From an uncultured Pseudomonadota bacterium (GTDB lineage Bacteria; BMS3Abin14), in assembly GCA_964454175.1 (NCBI GenBank), contig CAYVSA010000059.1, positions 1-11,356 on the forward strand: DNA of 11,356 nt, in the 5' to 3' direction. A model generated the notes under the pieces. The model saw only the letters and a list, made by a program, of their open reading frames with translations. It was not told the DNA's origin and did not search any database. This document shows, one piece after another, positions 7,885 to 11,356 of the stretch. Made by a program: the position numbers and the translations under genes. Positions within the stretch are counted from its first letter, which is position 1. Each line of letters opens with the position of its first letter.

Positions 7885-8739
7885 TCAGTCCTCCCAATAG
7901 ATACCCCTTTGGGCCCAGGACTCTTCCATTTCTCTCAAGGCCTGGATCGTCTCCTCATCCTTCCTGAAGGCAAGGGCTGTTACGATAGCGTTCAGGAGAC
8001 TGAGCGCCGCGGTGAAGGACTCCATGTAGGAATCGATCTCATATGGCACGGTCAGGGTCCACTCTGCATTGGAGGACAGGGGAGACAGTTCACTGTCGGT
8101 GACAGCAAGTATCTTCGCACCCTTCTCCCAAGCGTAATCCAGAAGCTGAACCGTTGTTTTAGTATAGCGTGGAAAAGAAAAGCCGGCTACAAGGTCGCCA
8201 GGTCCCAGATCCTTGACCACCTCCCACATCTCACCGGTTCCCGGCACCAGGAGCGTCACATCTCTTTTTAAGAACCTGAGAGCGCTGGTGAAAAAAGCTG
8301 CCAGGCAGTGAGTGGAACGCAGGCCGATTACGAAAACCCTGGAGGCCCTTTCAATCCCGTCTACTGCATCCCGGAATACATCCATATCCGTGTATTCAAG
8401 GGTAATGCGCAGATTGTTCGCATCGTTTTGCAGCACGTTCACAAACACATCCTCAACAGACTGAACCTGCCTGATAGCTTTGCCCATGCGGTCTACGGTT
8501 GTGAATTTATTCTGGACGAGTTCCCTCAGCCTCTTCTTGAGACCGGGGAAACCTTCATAACCCAGTGCCTGGGCCATCCGGATAATAGTCGTGTCGCTGG
8601 TTTTCAGGCGCCTTGCAAGGCCCCCGGCTGTGAGGAATACAGCTTCTTCAGGATATTTGAGCAGGAAATCAGCCACTTTTTTCTGCCCGGGGGTGAGTTT
8701 TCCGTCCCCCTTTTTGACAATAGTGCTTAATTTCAGCAT
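7885..8739 (-). CDS. RpiR/MurR family transcriptional regulator (HTH + SIS domain), 284 aa
   Basis: N-terminal LTPGQKKVADFLL..PEEAVFLTAGGLARRLKTSDTTIIRMAQALGYEGF HTH; C-terminal SIS motifs RVFVIGLRST, FSFPRYT and LAVTDSELSPL. Confidence 0.95.
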   Translation of the reverse strand: MLKLSTIVKKGDGKLTPGQKKVADFLLKYPEEAVFLTAGGLARRLKTSDTTIIRMAQALGYEGFPGLKKRLRELVQNKFTTVDRMGKAIRQVQSVEDVFVNVLQNDANNLRITLEYTDMDVFRDAVDGIERASRVFVIGLRSTHCLAAFFTSALRFLKRDVTLLVPGTGEMWEVVKDLGPGDLVAGFSFPRYTKTTVQLLDYAWEKGAKILAVTDSELSPLSSNAEWTLTVPYEIDSYMESFTAALSLLNAIVTALAFRKDEETIQALREMEESWAQRGIYWED

Positions 8740-8776
8740 GGTTTGCTCTGCATGTTACCTCCGCAGGATTTCCTGC

Positions 8777-8805
8777 AAGCTAGCATGCTGACGCACGCAT
8801 TTCAA
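8777..8805 (-). promoter_or_regulatory. Putative sigma70 promoter of the rpiR-TAXI-ligase-aminomutase operon
   Basis: Minus strand reads TTGAAA (8805-8800), a 17-nt spacer ending in TGC (extended -10 TGn), then TAGCTT (8782-8777). An AT-rich stretch with an A-tract lies upstream. Confidence 0.6.
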
Positions 8806-8816
8806 CATAAATGTTG
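8803..8816. promoter_or_regulatory. Palindromic candidate operator overlapping the -35 box
   Basis: CAACAT-AA-ATGTTG, a perfect 6-bp inverted repeat with a 2-nt spacer. Confidence 0.4.
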
Positions 8817-8826
8817 GTTTTTGGGC

Positions 8827-8874
8827 GAGTAGGGGTATAGGAGTATGGGGGTGAGGGTGTCAGGGGGTCAGAGC
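8827..8874 (+). repeat. Degenerate G-rich 8-nt tandem repeat (about 6 units)
   Basis: Units gagtaggg / gtatagga / gtatgggg / gtgagggt / gtcagggg / gtcagagc follow in exact 8-nt register. Confidence 0.5.
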
Positions 8875-8890
8875 ACTGACTGAATATCGG

Positions 8891-8924
8891 AAAAAGAGCG
8901 GTCCCAACGATACGGGGCCGCTCT
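8891..8924 (-). terminator. Rho-independent terminator of the tolB-pal-lipoprotein transcript
   Basis: Minus strand AGAGCGGCCCC-gtatcgtt-GGGACCGCTCT (10/11 paired) followed by TTTT, 25 nt after the stop at 8950. Confidence 0.8.
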
Positions 8925-8949
8925 CCTGTATGACTCAAATGTTTGGCGG

Positions 8950-9375
8950 TTATTTTTCCAGGTACTCTTTAACCTTGTCTCCCAGGCCCCTTATATCCGC
9001 CTCCAGTTTGTTCGCGAGGTTTTCCAGGGCCTTATCGACATCTGTACCGCGATTTCTCAACCGCACCATGAATTTTTCCAGATCAGCGACCTGCGCTTTC
9101 AGGGAGTCCATCATCTCGCCGAGAGTCTCCGCATCCAGTTTGGAGTCGGCAAAGGCCCTCCTTGTATCCCGAAGCTCCCTGTCAACCTTCTCAAAGCGCT
9201 TTTCCACATTGGGAGGAAGGGACTGGCTGCCTCCCTGCGCGGCCTCGAGCCTTTCTATCCTGGCAGTATTTGACTTGACCTGGCTCTGACCCGAACCCGG
9301 CGCAGACGTAGTCGCGCAGGACGCCAGGAAAAGCCCCGCCAGAAGCAGGTATGCTGCTAGCCTGATGGTTCGCAC
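8950..9375 (-). CDS. Coiled-coil lipoprotein downstream of pal (cpoB/ybgF position, no TPR domain), 141 aa
   Basis: Signal peptide II with lipobox LASC, a Ser/Gly/Gln linker, then heptad-like helical sequence (LGEMMDSLKAQVADLEKFMVRL). Starts 22 nt after the pal stop; GTG start. Confidence 0.8.
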   Translation of the reverse strand: MRTIRLAAYLLLAGLFLASCATTSAPGSGQSQVKSNTARIERLEAAQGGSQSLPPNVEKRFEKVDRELRDTRRAFADSKLDAETLGEMMDSLKAQVADLEKFMVRLRNRGTDVDKALENLANKLEADIRGLGDKVKEYLEK

Positions 9376-9397
9376 AGCGTATTTGAAAATCTCAGAG

Positions 9398-9940
9398 CTA
9401 CTTGACTACGAAGTGGGCACGCCTGTTCTGTGACCATGCCCCCTCGTTGTGGCCCCACTGGAAGGGTCTTTCCTCGCCGTAGCTAATGGTCTGGATCCTG
9501 GAACCGGAGATTCCCAGGGACATGAGATAGTTCCGCACGCTTGAAGCTCTGCGCTCACCCAGTCCCAGGTTGTACTCCACGGTACCTCTTTCGTCACAGT
9601 GACCCTGTATGCTGACCGTTACGTCAGGGTTGCTGCGAAGAACATCGGCATTGTCTGCCAGGGTCGCTCTGGAGTCACTGGAGAGGTCGGATCGGTCAAA
9701 AGCGAAGAAAACGTCGCCCAACTCCACGGCCATCTGCGGCTGACTGGACTTGGCCGCCGGCATCTGCTTAGGGGCCGCCTTGGGCGGCGGCGTGTAGGTC
9801 GACACCTTTGAAGGCGTGTCCATAGCAGGTGCTTCAGCCGGCTGTTCCTTGGGAGTCGTGGAGCACGCGGCCAACATCACCATTAGAAAAACTGCAACAA
9901 TAAGAACCGACAGCGTCACATTTTTTTTACCGAGAACCAC
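9398..9940 (-). CDS. pal: Peptidoglycan-associated lipoprotein Pal (OmpA family), 180 aa
   Basis: Lipobox LAAC, Pro/Ala/Lys linker, [41 protein letters not shown] and WSQNRRAHF. Follows tolB; AGGAGGT upstream of the GTG start. Confidence 0.97.
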   Translation of the reverse strand: MVLGKKNVTLSVLIVAVFLMVMLAACSTTPKEQPAEAPAMDTPSKVSTYTPPPKAAPKQMPAAKSSQPQMAVELGDVFFAFDRSDLSSDSRATLADNADVLRSNPDVTVSIQGHCDERGTVEYNLGLGERRASSVRNYLMSLGISGSRIQTISYGEERPFQWGHNEGAWSQNRRAHFVVK

Positions 9941-10083
9941 ATCCCACCTCCTGAAATGTTAGGTAATTATCAAACCCTTTAATATTTCCTCCACCTCCAC
10001 CGGGTGAGGCAACTGCCGGACACGCACGATCACTTCGCAACGGTGATCGTTCATCCACAGGCCCATCCCGGAAATACGACAAT

Positions 10084-10112
10084 ACCTTAACTTATCTTAA
10101 GCACCTTGTAAA
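10084..10112 (-). promoter_or_regulatory. Putative internal sigma70 promoter for pal
   Basis: Minus strand TTTACA (10112-10107), 17 nt, TAAGGT (10089-10084) within the 189-nt tolB-pal gap. Confidence 0.35.
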
Positions 10113-10129
10113 CCAGCATTAGACAAGGT

Positions 10130-11356
10130 CTATTTTAGCAATTTTGGCGACCAGGCGGGAGATGTTTTATCACCCTTTCCCCTGGTGATCTTCATCTCCC
10201 GACGACCGTCTCTATCAACTACGTAGATCTGATAGGTACCGGTCCTGTTGGAACCGAACGCTATGAATTTACCGTCAGGGGACCATGCCGGAGATTCGTT
10301 GTTCCCAGCCTCTCCAACCAGGAGACGGCCCTCGGTGGTATCCGGATCGACCAGGGCCAGCGCGAATTTCCCCCCCACCCTGGATGTGTATGCAATGAGG
10401 TTCCCGGTCGGGGACCATGCGGGACTGGTGTTGTAATTGCCCTCATAGGTAACCCTTCTGATATTGCTGCCATCAGCGTTCATGACAAATATCTGCGGGG
10501 TACCGAAGCGGTCTGAAACGAAGGCTATCCTTTTCCCGTCCGGGGACCAGGTGGGCGAGGCTTCCACGCTTTTCATCCACGTCAGCCGCTCAATTATTTT
10601 TCCGCCCGGACCAGCTGTATAGATGTCGGGGTTGCCGTCGACATTTCTCATAAAACCGAATATTTTTCCGCCGGGCGAGAACTCGGCCCCAACGTCAACA
10701 CCCATCCCCCTTGTGAGTCTCTTTTCATTCCCTCTCAGGCTCAGGGAATACAGATCCGGCGAACCGTTCTTGTAGGATGTATATATTAGTCCGTCTCTAT
10801 CTGGCCACCATGTAGGGGAGATATTCAGAGAGCTGTTTTTTGTGACCTGGCTAAGGTTCCCTCCGTCGTAATCCATGCGCAGGATAGACTTTCCTTTCCC
10901 CGTGTCTTTTACAAAGAGCATCGCTGTGTCGAAGATCCCTTCCTCTCCGGTTATCACTTCCATCACAACGTTTGAAAACAGGTGCACCATATATCTGAGC
11001 TGGGATGGCGTGCCGCGCCATTTTTTTGCAACCAGTTCCTGTTGGCGAAACACGTCAAAAAGATGAAATTCCAGCTCGACAGACCCTTTTTCCTCAATTG
11101 AATACCCTATCTTGATCAATGCCTCTGCGTTGATGAGTTCCCAGTCGGCAAAATCGAAGGTGCCCAGAGTCATTTTTTCCACATCGGCATCCTCCATGTA
11201 CAGGAGAGGATCCAGCACCCTGAATACACCTGAAAAGTCCAAGTCTCCTGCAAGGACCTCCCTCACATTTTTTGCGATCTCGGAAGACCCGTCGGACCCT
11301 TCCAGTGGGACGGGTATCTGAACCGCCACCGGCATCTGCCGGGTCGCAGGAGCGTT
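10130..11356 (-). CDS. tolB: Tol-Pal system beta-propeller protein TolB (5'-truncated by the window edge)
   Basis: TolB N-domain (VLAGDLDFSGVF, FHLFDV, ITGEEGIFDT) and PD40 repeats (SPTWSPDGKRIAFVSDRFGTPQIF, SPAWSPTG, SPAWSPDG). The frame stays open from the ORF-track ATG at 11335 to 11356 (NAPATRQ), so the true start and signal peptide are outside the window. Confidence 0.96.
   Translation of the reverse strand, partial: NAPATRQMPVAVQIPVPLEGSDGSSEIAKNVREVLAGDLDFSGVFRVLDPLLYMEDADVEKMTLGTFDFADWELINAEALIKIGYSIEEKGSVELEFHLFDVFRQQELVAKKWRGTPSQLRYMVHLFSNVVMEVITGEEGIFDTAMLFVKDTGKGKSILRMDYDGGNLSQVTKNSSLNISPTWWPDRDGLIYTSYKNGSPDLYSLSLRGNEKRLTRGMGVDVGAEFSPGGKIFGFMRNVDGNPDIYTAGPGGKIIERLTWMKSVEASPTWSPDGKRIAFVSDRFGTPQIFVMNADGSNIRRVTYEGNYNTSPAWSPTGNLIAYTSRVGGKFALALVDPDTTEGRLLVGEAGNNESPAWSPDGKFIAFGSNRTGTYQIYVVDRDGRREMKITRGKGDKTSPAWSPKLLK

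Noticed and set aside
8733-8786. 17-aa Cys-rich leader peptide MLACRKSCGGNMQSKPC upstream of rpiR
   Set aside because: Its ATG lies within the predicted promoter spacer, upstream of the expected start site, and has no SD.
1-11356. CRISPR arrays, tRNA/rRNA, IS elements, prophage genes
   Set aside because: No repeat-spacer arrays, cloverleaf-like sequences, transposase/integrase ORFs or terminal inverted repeats were seen. The repeats in tolB are ordinary PD40 propeller blades.

Overview
This window is bacterial and Gram-negative (it encodes TolB and Pal); the gene style suggests an anaerobic deltaproteobacterium/Desulfobacterota, which is an inference. All credible genes are on the minus strand and form two blocks. 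The right block is the 3' part of a housekeeping tol-pal locus: tolB (cut by the window edge), pal, and a short coiled-coil lipoprotein in the cpoB/ybgF position, closed by an intrinsic terminator. The left block is an apparent seven-gene accessory operon behind a good sigma70-type promoter: RpiR/MurR regulator, TAXI TRAP solute-binding protein, fused 4TM/12TM TRAP permease, ATP-binding universal stress protein, atypical ATP-grasp ligase, PLP-dependent radical SAM aminomutase of the glutamate 2,3-aminomutase (Eam)/KamA family, and M20 metallo-amidohydrolase. The most interesting element is the ligase + aminomutase + hydrolase + importer cassette. The aminomutase keeps its catalytic core, but its substrate-determining residues match neither KamA (Asp/Asp) nor canonical Eam (Lys/Asn); it has Lys345/Thr382. 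This points to a possibly uncharacterised beta-amino-acid or beta-peptide pathway. No RNA genes, CRISPR arrays or mobile elements were seen.
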